A stretch of DNA of 64,000 bases from Eledone cirrhosa (GCA_964016885.1 OZ024742.1:223324001-223388000), one strand, 5' to 3'. Positions 41,301 to 54,650 are shown, counted from the stretch's first letter. Numbers and translations are program-made. Notes: generated by a model not told the origin, from the sequence alone.

Positions 41301-42787
41301 GGAAGCAGCAAAAAGGATGGGGGAATAGCTGGGAAGCAGTGGTGAGAGCGAATCTCAAAACACTAAATGTTACAGAAGAGATAAAAGAATTCAACCAGTA
41401 GCTGTGCTGGAGAAAATCCATTCAATCCAAGCAAGAATGGAAAAATGGACATAAAAATCATGATGATGGTAGTGAAATGAAGTAAAAAATATAATGAAAT
41501 CAGAAAACATTAGTAATTTTGGTAATCATAAATTAATACATTAATTAATTAACAAGTAAATAAATTAATAACTCATAATTCTATTTTTATAATCATAAAA
41601 ATATATTCAAGGTAAAAAAACATCAAGTTTTAAAAATTTAAATTATATCCAAATAGAATATAGCATGTTTATATATTTACAAGGTTCTATTTCTTTTACT
41701 GGTTTCTGTCATTGGCTGGTCGCCATGCTGGGGCACTCCCTTGAAGGGATTTAGTTGATCATATCGACTCTAGTACTTATTTTATTTTTTTTAAAGTGTG
41801 GTACTTATTTTATCAATCTCTTTATCAAACCACTAAGCTATGGGGCATAAACAAATAGCACATGTCAACACAGACTAAATAATGATTTGATCTGTGATGA
41901 CCTGTCCAACTCATGCTAGCATGGAAGAATGGACATTACACGGAGAAGATAATGATGATATACAATGGGGCTTCTATGCAGATTTCATCAACCAAATTTC
42001 ACTCACAAGGCATTGGTCAACCCAAGGCCATAGTAGCCCAAAATGACACACAGTGGGACTGAACTTGAAACTATGTGGTTGTAAAGTAAACTCCCCAACC
42101 ACACAGCCATGCCTGCACCTACCTGGCATACTAAATGACATTTTGGTGAATCTTATAAAACAAATACAAAATTTACATGAAAATATAAATGAATGCTTTT
42201 TAAGATTACCTTATTTATAACTCTTATAAAGTCTTCCCATTTCTTAAATGAAAGGTAAACCTCATTAACAGGTGGAGTGGTTGATTTTTTCTTGTATTTG
42301 TAGGACCACTTCATCATGGTAATAACCTATCAATTGTGGGAGGAACTAATTATAATTAGTTGTGTAAAATAAGGACCTGCTTCCGTGTGAAACCACGAGG
42401 AAGGGGTTGATGGTTTTTGTGTAAGAATCTGTAGCAGTGTCATCAACTGAATATGAAGCAAAGCCAAAATATACAGCAAATGTAGGCTAGTGTGGTTATA
42501 TATACTGTCAACCATCTCAATAAAATGTTGTTAGCTGTTATTGTGAGTATATAGTGGTGTATATATTGTCAACGGTCTCAACAATGTGTTGCTAGATGTT
42601 GTGGTGGGTATATAATGGTGTAGATGTGTTGTATATATATATATACTGTCAACTATCTTAATAAGAAATATGTTAACTGTTGTTGTTGTATCTAGTTAGT
42701 CAATCACTCTTGCAATCAGCAGACAGTGTGTGTTTCTTTAGATAATGCAGGTAGCCCAGAAGAGAGAGAGGGAGAACGGCCAGTAGT

Positions 42788-42839
<52 letters not shown>

Positions 42840-44191
42840 CCTTTAGATAATGCAGGTATCAAAGGGGAGAGAGGGAGATAGAACAAACAGCATACAGTGT
42901 GTATATATCACATATATATCCTTTAAATAATGCAGGTAACCCAGGAGAGAAGGAGAGAAAGAGAAAATGCTGCTGATTTCACAGTTGTTAAACACGAAGA
43001 TAGCACTCAATGTATAAAATAAAGTGAAAAATAGGGTCACCCACACCTGTGTATGTGTGTGTGTGTAAGAATCTTTGTTAAATTGTGTTCCAAAAACACC
43101 AAATTAATGAGAATGTTAATTAAATTACTAAATGCCAACAAATTCTTTATTTTCAAAATGATTTTAAAATCACAGACATTGTCTTTCATTAGAAATATAT
43201 AACAACAGGGTTAAATGCTTATATTTATCTAAAATCCTTCCATCATATCATATAAAAACATTTAAGTTATACTCCAGATATTAGCTTCATTATATTACTG
43301 AATTATATTACTCAATCCCTTCAAATTCCTGATTATTTTCCAAATTAATTAAAAATGATAGGCACTGTCCTTCTTAGAAATATAGTAACAAAAGGTTTTT
43401 TAAGAAATTGATTTTTAAAAATAAAAATTTATAAAATTACATTGAATTATATGTTTGTAAACTATTTATTAGCAATAAAATGTTCAAAGAATTTTATCTA
43501 AAATGGGCACAAGGCCAGAAATATGGTTGGTCAATCATATTGCCACAATAACAAGAATTTTAAGGCTATTTTCCTTGTTAAAGCAGAGTTTACTCTTGTG
43601 AGTCTCATAATAAGTATCACAGAGTAGTTTTCAAAGCAATGCTTTATGGCCAGATGCCCTTCCTGTCGCCAACCCTGTCAGTTGTATTTGATTATAACAT
43701 ATGGTACTAGAAATCTACTGAAGTCTATCACTCAATATGATTTATAGATAATGTGGATAAAATGTCACCACCATCACCATCCTTCCCATCCTATCATTAT
43801 CACCATTAGTGTCACCACAATCTTCATCACCATCGTTCTCTTCACTATCCTCATTATTATTTATTTGTTCATGCTTCGTACTTATTTTATAGATCTCGTT
43901 TTGTCAAACTGTTAGGTTATGGGACATATCTGCCTTGTGCACCTCAACACAGGGGAGGACCTAAGACTAAGATATACATACATATGTATGTATGTATTCA
44001 CCACTGGGTAGATTGGTCTTTCCTCGAAGTAAACCATGATGTAATATTATGAAAGCACTCGATGTTATGCATCTCATCCATCTTTGATGTTGAATCTTGT
44101 TGGTGGTGCGGGAACGGAGTTAAATTATATTATAGGGTAAAAATGGCAGGAGGCCGGACAGGCTGTATTCCTTTAGATTTTATTATTGCAA

Positions 44192-44249
44192 ACACTATGC
44201 ACATTTCAGTGGCCAGGTTACGTATGAACCCGGTGACATCATCAGGTGT
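44192..44249 (-). ncRNA. Type I hammerhead ribozyme-like motif
   Basis: acac CTGATGA t-gtcaccgggtt..aacctggccac-t GAAA tgtgca TA gtgt. Confidence 0.55.
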
Positions 44250-44714
44250 ACAATTGCATAATAGTTAGGAAGAAACAGAGAAAGAAAAAACGAAAGTGAA
44301 AAAAAATGTGTTTTTTGTTTTTGACTCAGAGGTAATTGAATGCCCTGTTCTTATTCAGGCGAATTCCCTATAATATATATATATATATATTGAGGATCGA
44401 ATTCCAACCGTGACCATCCCCACTGAAAGTTTTCATGAAATAGTCTTTTCAAGACTATACAGAGCATTTGTAGTTTTTCCAAATTGAAGGATGAGTATTT
44501 TAAACTTTATTTTATCATGAGTTAAGACTCTATTGATTTTTCCCTGGATTTCACTAAATTCTGTTGGATGAATCTATATCCTGATTCTTTTTGAATTGAG
44601 TTTGAATTATTTTTCCCACATCTTACGTCAACTATTTTCCCATTTTGACGCTATAGTCACTTATATATTATGGAATACTCTTGGCTTCTTGCTACAATAA
44701 TTTCTATACTTTTC

Positions 44715-44755
<41 letters not shown>

Positions 44756-44867
44756 TATATCATCATCATCATCATTTAACGTCCATCTTCCACACTAGTA
44801 TATATATATATATATACAATGGGCTTCCACAGTTTCTGTCTCTCAAATTGTGGGTGTGTATGTGTGT

Positions 44868-47135
44868 ATCATCATCATCATCTATGTTTTACGTCCGTTC
44901 TTCCACGCTAGCATAGGTTAGACGGGTTGTCCTGTTGTGGGCAGTGTCCGGTCGGCTGACCTTGTCTTGCTCATACGGGAACTGATTCTGGCTTGATTTT
45001 TACAGCTGGATGCCCTTCCTAACACCAACCTCATTTACAGTGAGTGCTGGCTGCTTTTTTTCCGTGGCACCTACACGTCTACTTTACAGTGTGGGCTGGG
45101 TGCTTTTTTGCTGTGGCACCTTCCTGACCACTTTACAGTGGGAGGTTGTGGGGGGCATATTGTCTGTATGCTTCAGTTTCGGCTTGTAACTGTGGGAAGT
45201 CGGGTCTTCTGTATTACTGCATGACATCAGAGGTCATGGTTATGTGTCATCTTTGAGAGGTGCAATTGGGTAAGGTCGGCTTTTATCACCTCATCCCAGG
45301 TCTTCTTGTGTCTCCCCACTCCACGGCTCCCATCGACTTCTAGTGCTCTGCCCCTTTTTATGCAGCTGTCATCCTTCATACGCATCACATGTCCATACCA
45401 ACACAACCGCCTCTCCTGCACACAACATTTAATTCCTCTTATGCTCAGTCTCTCTCTCAATTCATTTATGCTTTGCCGTTCACATATATTACTATTACAC
45501 ATCCATCGGAGCATGGAAGCTTCGTTTCTTTCTAATCTACGCAAGTCTTCTACACACAGCGCCCAGGTCTCACTACCATGTAACATTCGTGTTCATATAC
45601 ACACATCATACAGTCTGCCTTTCATTTTGAGGGAAAAGCCTTTTGCAGCTAGCAAGTGGCTCCCTGAACTTCTTCCATCTCGTTTTTACCCTAGTTATTA
45701 AACTTTCTGAACACCCACCTCCACTGCTAATTCAGTTACCTAGGTAGCAGAAGCTATCTACTGTTTCTACAGAGCCCTCCCCGAGTTTGGTGGTGCTTGT
45801 TTCCTGTGGCTGTTTGCTGTTTGCTGCCCCAGTACAGCTGCTATATGTGAAGCCTACATTCTTAGTTAAGCTTCCTGAGATCCCACTACATCTCTTGTGT
45901 ACCCATTGTTTGCATTTGGGGCAGAGGATGGAGTTCCTACCTACACCTTTCCTACATACTGAGCAAGGCCATTTCCCTGAGGGGATCTGGGTTCTGTTTT
46001 CTCGTCTACTTACGAGGACCTTAGTTTTTGTCAGGTTGACTTTGAGATGCTTTCTTTCTAGTCCCTGCTTCCATGTTTGGAATTTCTTCTCTAGTTCCAC
46101 CATAGATTCAGCTATAAGTGTGAGATCAAACGCATATAGGAGTTCCCATAGGCATCCGGTCTTAAACTCCTCCGTTATTGCCTGCAAAACTATGATGAAC
46201 AGGAGAGGGCTAAGAACAGAGCCCTGGTGGACACCAACCTGTATGCTAAATTCCTCGCTATAGTCATTGCTAACCCTAACTTTGCTGACTGCTCCTCTAT
46301 ACATGGCTTGTACAGCTTTCACAAGCCATTCGTTTACTCCTGATTTTCTAAGTGTCCACCAGATTATAGCACGGGGGACTCTGTTGAAGGCTTTTTCCAG
46401 ATTGATGAATGCCAGGTAGAACAGCTTACTTTTAGTTAGGTACTTTTCCTGTAACTGCCTCACAAGGAAGAGGGCATCAGTGGTGCCTTTTCCTGGCACA
46501 AACCCAAATTGCATTTCATCTAGTTTTACCCAGTCCCTAATCAACTGTGCTATAACTCTTTCCGTTACTTTCATGACCTGGTCCATCAGCTTTATACCTC
46601 TATAGTTTCCTCTATCTAGTGCATCACCTTTACCCTTGTAGCAGTTGGCAATGCTGCTGCTGCACCAATCCTTTGGTATGACAGCTTCTAGTATTACCTG
46701 GTTAACAATACATGTGGTTATGGTGTGACCTACTGACCCAGATGCCTTCAGCATCTCGGCAGCTATACCTGATGGACCGGTTGCCTTCCCCGTCTTCATA
46801 TCTTTGATTGCCATACTACACTGCTGCTGACTTGTACTGCTGGCCCCTCTGTAGGGTTCACTTGGGGTAGGGTCTCTTTTTCCCAGGCATCCTCCTCATT
46901 TAGTAATCTTTCATAATGGCTCTTCCACACATCTTTCTTCTCAGCACTTGTGAGGGCAAGCTCACCTTTATCATTCTGGATACATTTCTCTCCAATGACA
47001 TCACAATTCTCTCTGACACACTGCCTTGCAATCTTGAACACCTCCTGTTTCTGGTCCTCACATTGCAAAACATGCTTGAATTTTCTATCCTCTGCTTCCC
47101 TTCTAGCTAAGTATACTTGTCGCCTAGCTTCCCTC
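44868..47135 (-). mobile_element. 5'-truncated, frameshifted RTE-clade LINE with 3' UTR and (gat)n tail
   Basis: RT motifs NYRGIKL, QFGF, EKAFNRV, GVHQGSVLSPLLF, YAFD (mutated YADD); ORFs 46796-47068, 45732-46814, 45227-45586. Confidence 0.95.
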
Positions 47136-47669
47136 CTTTTCCCTTCTCTGCTCTGTATTCACACATACACACCCTTATATTAACATACTTTTGCTCATAG
47201 CTTCGTACTTACATGCACACATATTCTTTTACTTACACACACATTTCTTCTTAGCTTCGTATGGACATATAATAACACACACCCCCACCCATACACACAC
47301 ATGCTTATGCACGTGCACAAGTATAGCTCTTTTTATAAAACGTTTTTTTATCCATTTCAGGTAGACGCGCTCCATCATCCACTTTTCTAAAAAATAAATC
47401 ATACACAAAACGCCAGCACCAACAGTTTTGCAAGAGATGTCAACATGAATGGAGCTGTTATTTTTATCTGAAGACATTTTTTCCAATTCCAACCTGCCAG
47501 TCCTCTAAATCTATCTTATTTCTCATTCTTTCTTCTGGTGAAAGTCTAGCGTCTGAAACGTTAAGACCCTCTTCTTCCTATATCAAGCGTTAACCCAATA
47601 TATCCCTTCCATATACTGTACCGATTGTGTTGTTATTTCTGTTTACCTTTTACACACATATATATACGG

Positions 47670-49789
47670 GATAACAAATTATTGTTATAGGTAGTCCACT
47701 TAGGTGTAGTCCAGTTAGGGTACTCCGAGTAGTGGATGGTATCAACGCTTGGCTAAGTTTGACTCAACAAGGTGTTTCCATAGTGATGTTGCGAGTACAC
47801 GGTGATTTCTATGTTGTTTACACTTGGAGTAATGATAAATCAAGAAAGAAGAGTGACACGGTTTGCTATACAATAAGGGCTTTAATCACATTGCTGACAA
47901 TTGTTTCTCTGAACTGGTAGGTCTAGAGATCGCTACCCGCCTGTTTTCGCATCAATCAATCACCAATACATAGTTGTAACCAGTCAATTCATCAGAGCTA
48001 GCGAGAATACACAGGCATGGCTTCTATATATAGTAGTGGCATTCAATCAGAACAATAACAACAATACTAATAGTGCTAGCAATAAATTATTTGAAATAAT
48101 CACAACATCAATCTAAGTAAGACATAGAGTATACTTAAGACTTAAGCATGTAAAATGAGTTGATATGAGGCAGATGTATGAAATTGACATGTAAAAGCTG
48201 TCATGGGGTGTATTATATATAGTGTAGAGATAAGCCGGGGCTTTAAACAATGTACCATTTCCTTTACCGTAGGTTTGGTGACCGTAAGAATTATTTATTA
48301 GCTGACAGATAAAATATTTATCATTGTGGTGTGAAGTGGATTCAGTATTTATGTGGTCTATATTAAATGAAGGGATTGTTAGTTCGAATCATGGGGTTGT
48401 TTAGCTTTCACATCATCAATAACATACATGTATAAGATAACATTAACAGAGTAGCAATATAATAGGTAAGTTAATACAGAAGTTAAGGAGGCAATATATA
48501 TATATAGAGAGAGAAAACATGCTGACTACAAATATAACAACAGGAGGAAGGTGATGTTTTACTGTAGTAGTATTCTGAAAATGTACTTGGATTTAGGTTC
48601 ATCTGTTGAGGATCAAGGGTGAGGAAGTTGTGTTGACAACAGCTGAGAAGGGATATATTTATGGGTTGATAAGATATTTGCAGACATTACTGTGGTGTAG
48701 AATTAAGAAGGCTAGAATCTGCTTAATGAGTATTATAGTTCTGTGGTGGTCCGTGTAATAGCGTGGATTTCATATGTTGAATGCTAAGTTATGTTGGTTC
48801 GATTCACGGTGGCTTAAATCTTGTGAATTTAGTGGTGATCTTGTGTCTGCAGAAAATTGATCTTTCTATCTTGTTGTTGAGTAGCCTTTTTTAATTCCTA
48901 AGGATATACAGTAATTCAAGATCACAGAGCCTACAATAGGACATACCGGTACTGTATGCCCTTGCGGCCGACAACCTCGACCAGTTGATATTGTAGTTGG
49001 TGCTATTGTCCTCAAGTTCCCAGATTTTTTTGGCGAGGGTTGTAGAACCTATAAGTGCACGGTTCTTCATCGAGTGTCTGTGCACATACCATCTTTTTTT
49101 AAAAGTACCCGCGGTGGATCCAATGTAATGCCAAGTGGAGTTGCCCGAGTTCACCGTACACATGTACACTCGGCTCGAATCAAGGCATCTGTTCGCCAAT
49201 GGGCACCTATCCGGTAGGTGACAGTTGCAGTTTGAGGTGTTATTCCGTGCAGCTTCCACACTGCTGTTTTGCACACTGCTATAAGTGGGTTGTGATTCGT
49301 GCCCGTTGAGGTTTTGCTGCTGCGTGCTTGTATGCGTTTGCGGTTGTGATACTGTGATGTGTTTATGTTTAGAATTTGGTGCTATGTTGCGCATAGGTGG
49401 GGCGGTTTCGCTAGAGGTATTTCTGTGGTTGATCTTGCGTATGTGTGATTCTATATTTGCAGCCGTAGAGTATGAGAGTTTTATAGTTTTTCTATTGAGG
49501 ATTTTATGATATCTGTGTGATATAGGGAAGTGTTTATCTATTAGTTTAAAGAACATAGAAGGCAGTCTAGTTTTTATAGAGGAGTTGAAGATTGGATTGA
49601 ACCACAGGTATTTTCTTTCTCTGATTCTTCTATTGTTTCCAGGGTTTACATTATTGGTGTTTGGACCACTTACTCTAGGTGCTACGTGCCTAACTCTATG
49701 TCTAGTCCTGTTACCTCTATTTTTGTGTGAGCGTTTGGTAAAGTGATTAAAAACCTTTTTGTATAGCAAACCGTGTCACTCTTCTTTCT

Positions 49790-49790
<1 letters not shown>
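47670..49790 (-). mobile_element. Penelope-like element copy 1, 5'-truncated (RT C-terminal linker + GIY-YIG endonuclease + 3' region)
   Basis: ORF 48891-49769: WFNP, ILNRKTIKLSYS, CNC..CPL..CL, VY, YIGST, FKKRW..H, CRLCDLE; bounded by (TA)n. Confidence 0.9.
47891..48000 (-). ncRNA. Hammerhead-like motif with extended stem II in PLE copy 1
   Basis: tagct CTGATGA ..gactggt...accagt.. GAAA caattg TC agcaa. Confidence 0.55.
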
Positions 49791-49824
<34 letters not shown>

Positions 49825-49826
<2 letters not shown>

Positions 49827-51193
49827 GTATAGGATTATCCAAGATGTAGTGATGGTTAATTACTACATTGGATATGGTTGACGTGCGGTAAAAGGTTACT
49901 CTACGAGTTATGGAAGAATTGTTCAAGAAACTTAGTTCCTGGTCCTTCAGTATTCCGGAGTGTATATAAAGAATGAATAATAACAGGTAGACATCATAAA
50001 AAGGTAATTTATTCCGTGTGCTTACAAGTGTTTCCACGGTGGTACTGCAGCCTAGTTCCGCTACGTGCAAATTCACAAGTATTTGCAGAACTCGAATATC
50101 CAATGCTGTGACCACTGTTTCCTCAGAGCAGAATGGTAAATGTACAATGTAAAAACCCTTAAGTGGGGTTGTTGGGGAAGATAGAGTGGAACAGGAAGAG
50201 AGAAAAGTAGGGAAGAAGGAGAGAGAAGGAGAGATATGCAGGGGTTGGAGAAGTAGGAGAGAGTGGCTTGTAGATATCTTAATCAAAATGTTATGGTAGG
50301 AGTTTTATTAGTTACTTTTGGAGAGATGCGTAGATAGTTGAGGTCGGAATTATTTATTGCCCCAGACGGCAGGTTCATAGATGTTGAGAGGGAGGTAGGT
50401 CAAAGGTGAGAGAGAGAGAGTGTAATGGATGTAGAGAGAGATATATAGGTAGAGAGGGGACAGATAAAGTATATGTGGTGAGTGAACTTTTGGTTTCGTA
50501 GTAGTAATCTAGGAATTGTACTGAGTTACCATGTATAGTGATAAGCAGTGTATTGTCTTGCAGTGGGGGGGGGGGGGGGGGGGGGAGAAAAGGTTGTTAG
50601 CTAGAAAGTGGTGTTGTAGTTACGGGTTCGAATGTTAAGTTATTTTATAGTGAGAGAATTTAGCTTTTAGTTTGTGGTTGCAGTATAATGATCGTTCAAT
50701 TCTATCGTTAAGTAGTTTGTTTTTGGATTTTAGTATGTAAAATAGCTCAAGGTTACATAACCTGCAGTACTTCGATCCACTCCGATATGCATTTGCGCTG
50801 GAAAGTATATCCCATTTTAAGGTGAACTGTTGGTTGTGTTCACGGAGTTGCCAGGTCTTGTTGGCGAGCGTGGTCACAAAACGGTGATTCGGATGTTTGA
50901 TTGAGAATCGATGACAGTACCAGCGAGATTTAAACGATGTGGTGGTAGATCCGATATAATACCATTTCTGGTCGTTCGATTCAACCGTGCATTGGTAAAC
51001 AATGTTGGACTTTAGGCATTCATTCTGCAATGGACATCTTTCAGGTAGATGGCAGTTACATTCTTTGTTGTGGGTAGCAGGTATACCATGGATAGGTTGT
51101 GATAGCGGTACAGGCTGCAGTACCACCGTGGAAACACTTGTAAGCACACGGAATAAATTACCTTTTTATGATGTCTACCTGTTATTATTCATT

Positions 51194-51202
<9 letters not shown>
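49825..51202 (-). mobile_element. Penelope-like element copy 2 (GIY-YIG 3' part) with inverted terminal duplication
   Basis: ORF 50635-51147: CNCHLPERCPL, IVYQC, YYIGST, CRLCNLE; 91-bp inverted repeat 49963-50053 / 51112-51202. Confidence 0.9.
50019..50130 (-). ncRNA. Hammerhead-like motif with extended stem II in PLE copy 2
   Basis: tgct CTGAGGA a-acagtggt...accaccgt-g GAAA cacttg TA agca. Confidence 0.6.
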
Positions 51203-51231
<29 letters not shown>

Positions 51232-51318
51232 GTTAAACAAGGTTCAATGAATAAATCAAAGAATGAGTTTTACAATAGATTGGAAGCATTCAACAAGAAT
51301 GGTTTTCCGGAGTTATTA

Positions 51319-51659
51319 ATATTAATTCAAAATATTAACAAAATAGATATTCTTGTGATCAAGTATATTTTATTATACATATTTCAGAGGTACTGAGTTA
51401 ATTTCAACAGTACGTCCTCATCAGATAAAATAAGATGATGCATGACATACCCTGACATGGTAGATGGTTAAGATTCAGTCATGGTTAAGATTCCTCGTGG
51501 CCATGACGGAATCTTAACCATCTACAATGTCAGGGTATGTCATGCATCATCTTATTTTATCTGATGAGGACGTACTGTTGAAGTTAACTCAGTACCTCTG
51601 AAATATGTATAATAAAATATACTTGATCACAAGAATATCTATTTTGTTAATATTTTGAA

Positions 51660-51666
<7 letters not shown>
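51319..51666. repeat. Near-perfect palindrome, arms about 166 bp, 16-nt loop
   Basis: 51319-51484 is the reverse complement of 51501-51666 with 3 mismatches seen by eye. Confidence 0.95.
51553..51619 (+). ncRNA. Type I hammerhead ribozyme motif (mirror copy on minus strand at 51366-51432)
   Basis: tattttat CTGATGA ggacgtactg..cagtacctct GAAA tatgta TA ataaaata; 8-bp stem I. Confidence 0.7.
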
Positions 51667-51730
<64 letters not shown>

Positions 51731-52979
51731 TCCTCATCAATGTTTAATGTCCATTTTTCCATGCTAGCATGGATTAGACAAGTTTTCCCATTGTGAGACA
51801 AATTAGATCAAATGACTGTCTTGTTCATAAAAAACTGTTTCAGGTTTGCTTTCTACAGCTGAATGCACTTCCTAATGCCTACCACCTTTACAGCGTCGAC
51901 TGGGTGCTTTTCATCATGGCACCAGAACGACCCATTTACAGAGTTGACTGGGCACTTTTTGTCGTGTCACCAACACGACCACTTTACAGGGTGGACTGGG
52001 GACCACAATGAGCTTCCACACAGTTTCTGTCTACCAAATTTCATAGGTGCAGGCATAGCTGTAACCGATGAAAAATATGTTTACAGGCAACAAGGAACAA
52101 CTGTAGACATGTTTCGGTCTATTACACATCATTATAATATAACCAGTCTACTCAAACCTGCTTATACTTATTTTACTTTATACTTATTTTATTTTTTATT
52201 GTCCTATCTGACAAGGTGTATGTTTGTTAGCTTAATACTACAGACCAATGAGGTGTGGCCTTAGTTGCAGTTGTTGTTGCATCTCACACTTGTGTAGGTT
52301 TAGCTGCCTTTATATGAGGCTACATTTTCTTTGGGTGTTTTAATTGTAGGGGCTCTAGACTTATCATATCACTATTGTTACAGTGACTAGAGCTAGTGCT
52401 ACCACTACCAGGCCAACTAAGCAGCCACCTAGGGTGCAGACCTCAGAGAGGCACTTTACTGAACATAAAAGGATCGGTTTTATACAAATATGTAATAATT
52501 TCCTGTGATCAATAAATAAATTGATAAACATCTTTGCCATATAGCAGTGTTGTGGAAATATCCAAAGCAGCAAAGAGAGAGACATATGGTTTATGACTTG
52601 CCACATGATTTGGTGTGGTGAATGTGTGTTGTGTAGTGTAAAATGTAGGCTAAGTAATTTTCTTAGTGTTATCAGAACAAGAAGTGTCAAAACCTAGGTT
52701 TGTCAGCTTACCAAACTGTAAGTTGAAATTATTTTATTTGGGAGAACAGGGCTCATAACTGAGAGAACCTTGCAGGGCTAGTCTAGAGTACTAAATATCT
52801 TGGAAGGATATGAACTTAAAGAGTAAAGAGCCAGAACTTTCAAATTGTCTTTTATTCCTTGTGCAGCCCATCTACACACATTGTTTAACTCTTAATCTCA
52901 TGTTGTATGAAACCACATTAGCAAGACATTCTTGAAAACTACAAAATAGCACTATAACTGCATCTCATAAAAAAATAAG

Positions 52980-53152
52980 TGAATACCCTCCATCAGGCAT
53001 CTACCATACTCTGAACGCCTTGCTTCCCTGGGCATGGATACATTGAAGCTCCAACGTCTGGCAACTGACTTCGTAAACACACTATATATGCATCTTTGAT
53101 GAGTTGTAGTGCACCTGAGCACTGTATACAATAATTTCATTATTATCATTAT
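52980..53152 (+). mobile_element. Internally deleted CR1-like LINE 3' fragment
   Basis: Reverse complement matches 54135-54230 and 53735-53790. Confidence 0.8.
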
Positions 53153-53729
53153 AATTTGCAAATTTTCACAACAGTTTGTTCACAAGTAAAACTATTATAA
53201 ACATTTGAATTAACAAACCTGCTTTTAGATATTTTCTGCTAAATCCTTATAGGATGTTATGAGTTAAATGGCTGTGGTATTGTCTTTGTGTTTTAACAAC
53301 TAATTTCTAATATATATAAATAAACAAACACACACAGACCACATTCACACAAATACCTATTGAAAATATCTCAAACTGCAGAATAAATTCCAAGCACAAT
53401 GTCACTGGAGGACAAATTCTTTTTACTAGTAAAATTATGAATGACTTTAAACAACTCAAATATTTCTATGAATGAAAAGTTTGGACAAAGAAGTTAAAAA
53501 TTATGTTAAATAGCAAGTAAGAAAAATAAAACCAATAAAAATATTTTGTATAATAAAGTATTTTTCTCCATTCAATAAATATGGCTTTTGTTATAGTGAA
53601 TGAGCAGAGATAGAAAATAAAATTTGTAACCTCTTTTGATACCAGCCTGTACAAAATCAACACTAGTTCTATGAAACAAAACCACCTAATTTAAAAGGGG
53701 GTCCTATTACACTTTTGTTACCTTATTTC

Positions 53730-54650
53730 TAATAATAATAATAATGAAATATTGTGTACAGTGCTCAGGTGCACTACAACTCATCAAAAAGTGTATGTAT
53801 AGTACATAGGGTAATGTACAAACGTTAGAAAAATGAACAGTGCATGAGTCATGATATACATGTGTGTATGTGTATGGGGGGGGGGGCATTAGGTGTAGTT
53901 TTGGCGAATTTTGGGAAGCATGAGGGTTTTAAAGGATGCAGTGTCTCGGCAGCTAACAACTGACGCAGGCAGTTTGTTCCATGCTTCAGCAACTCTGAGC
54001 GTGAAAAAATGTTTCCGAAAGTCATAGGAGCTGTGCTGTTTTCTGATTTTGTAGGCATGTCCATGTGTTTTAGACACATGGAGATCAAAAAGGTGCTCAG
54101 GGTTGTTGTTGGCGAGATGGTTAATAACTTTGTGGGTGTTTACCAAGTCCATTGCCAGACGTCGGAGCTTCAATGAATCCATGTCCAGGGAAGCAAGGCG
54201 TTCAGAGTATGGTAGATGCCTGATGGAGCGTATGTGCTTGGTTGCACGTCTCTGAACAGTTTCCAGGAGGTCAATGTTCTGAGCAAGATAGGGGTTCTAG
54301 ATTGATGATGCGAATTCCAAGTGTGGTCGTACCATAGCTGTATACGGCTTTAAATAGATGGCTGGAGAGCGGCTACAAAGGTTTTGCTGAGTGATGCCAA
54401 GACACCCTCGGCCTTCTTGACAATCTTAGAGACATGCTTTGTCCAACGCAAATCGCTGCTGACAGTAATGCCCAGGTCACGTTCACAAGAGGACTTCTTG
54501 ATATCAGTGTTGTGGAGGGAGTAGGTGGACGCTGGATTTTTCCTCCCAAAATGCATGGTGGTACACTTCACCACAGCCAGCTTCAGTTGCCAGTCTGTGA
54601 TCCATTGCTGCATTGTGTCCAGGTCTGATTGTAGGAAAGAGTTGTAGATT
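53730..54650 (-). mobile_element. CR1-clade LINE 3' fragment
   Basis: ERDLGITV, SLKLRRL..DL, HFFTLRVAEAWNKLP; (att)n tail. Confidence 0.9.

Noticed and set aside
47528-47567. Minimal hammerhead tctt CTGGTGA...GAAA cg TT aaga
   Set aside because: Core mutated (CTGGTGA) and stem II poorly paired; at most a dead PLE remnant.
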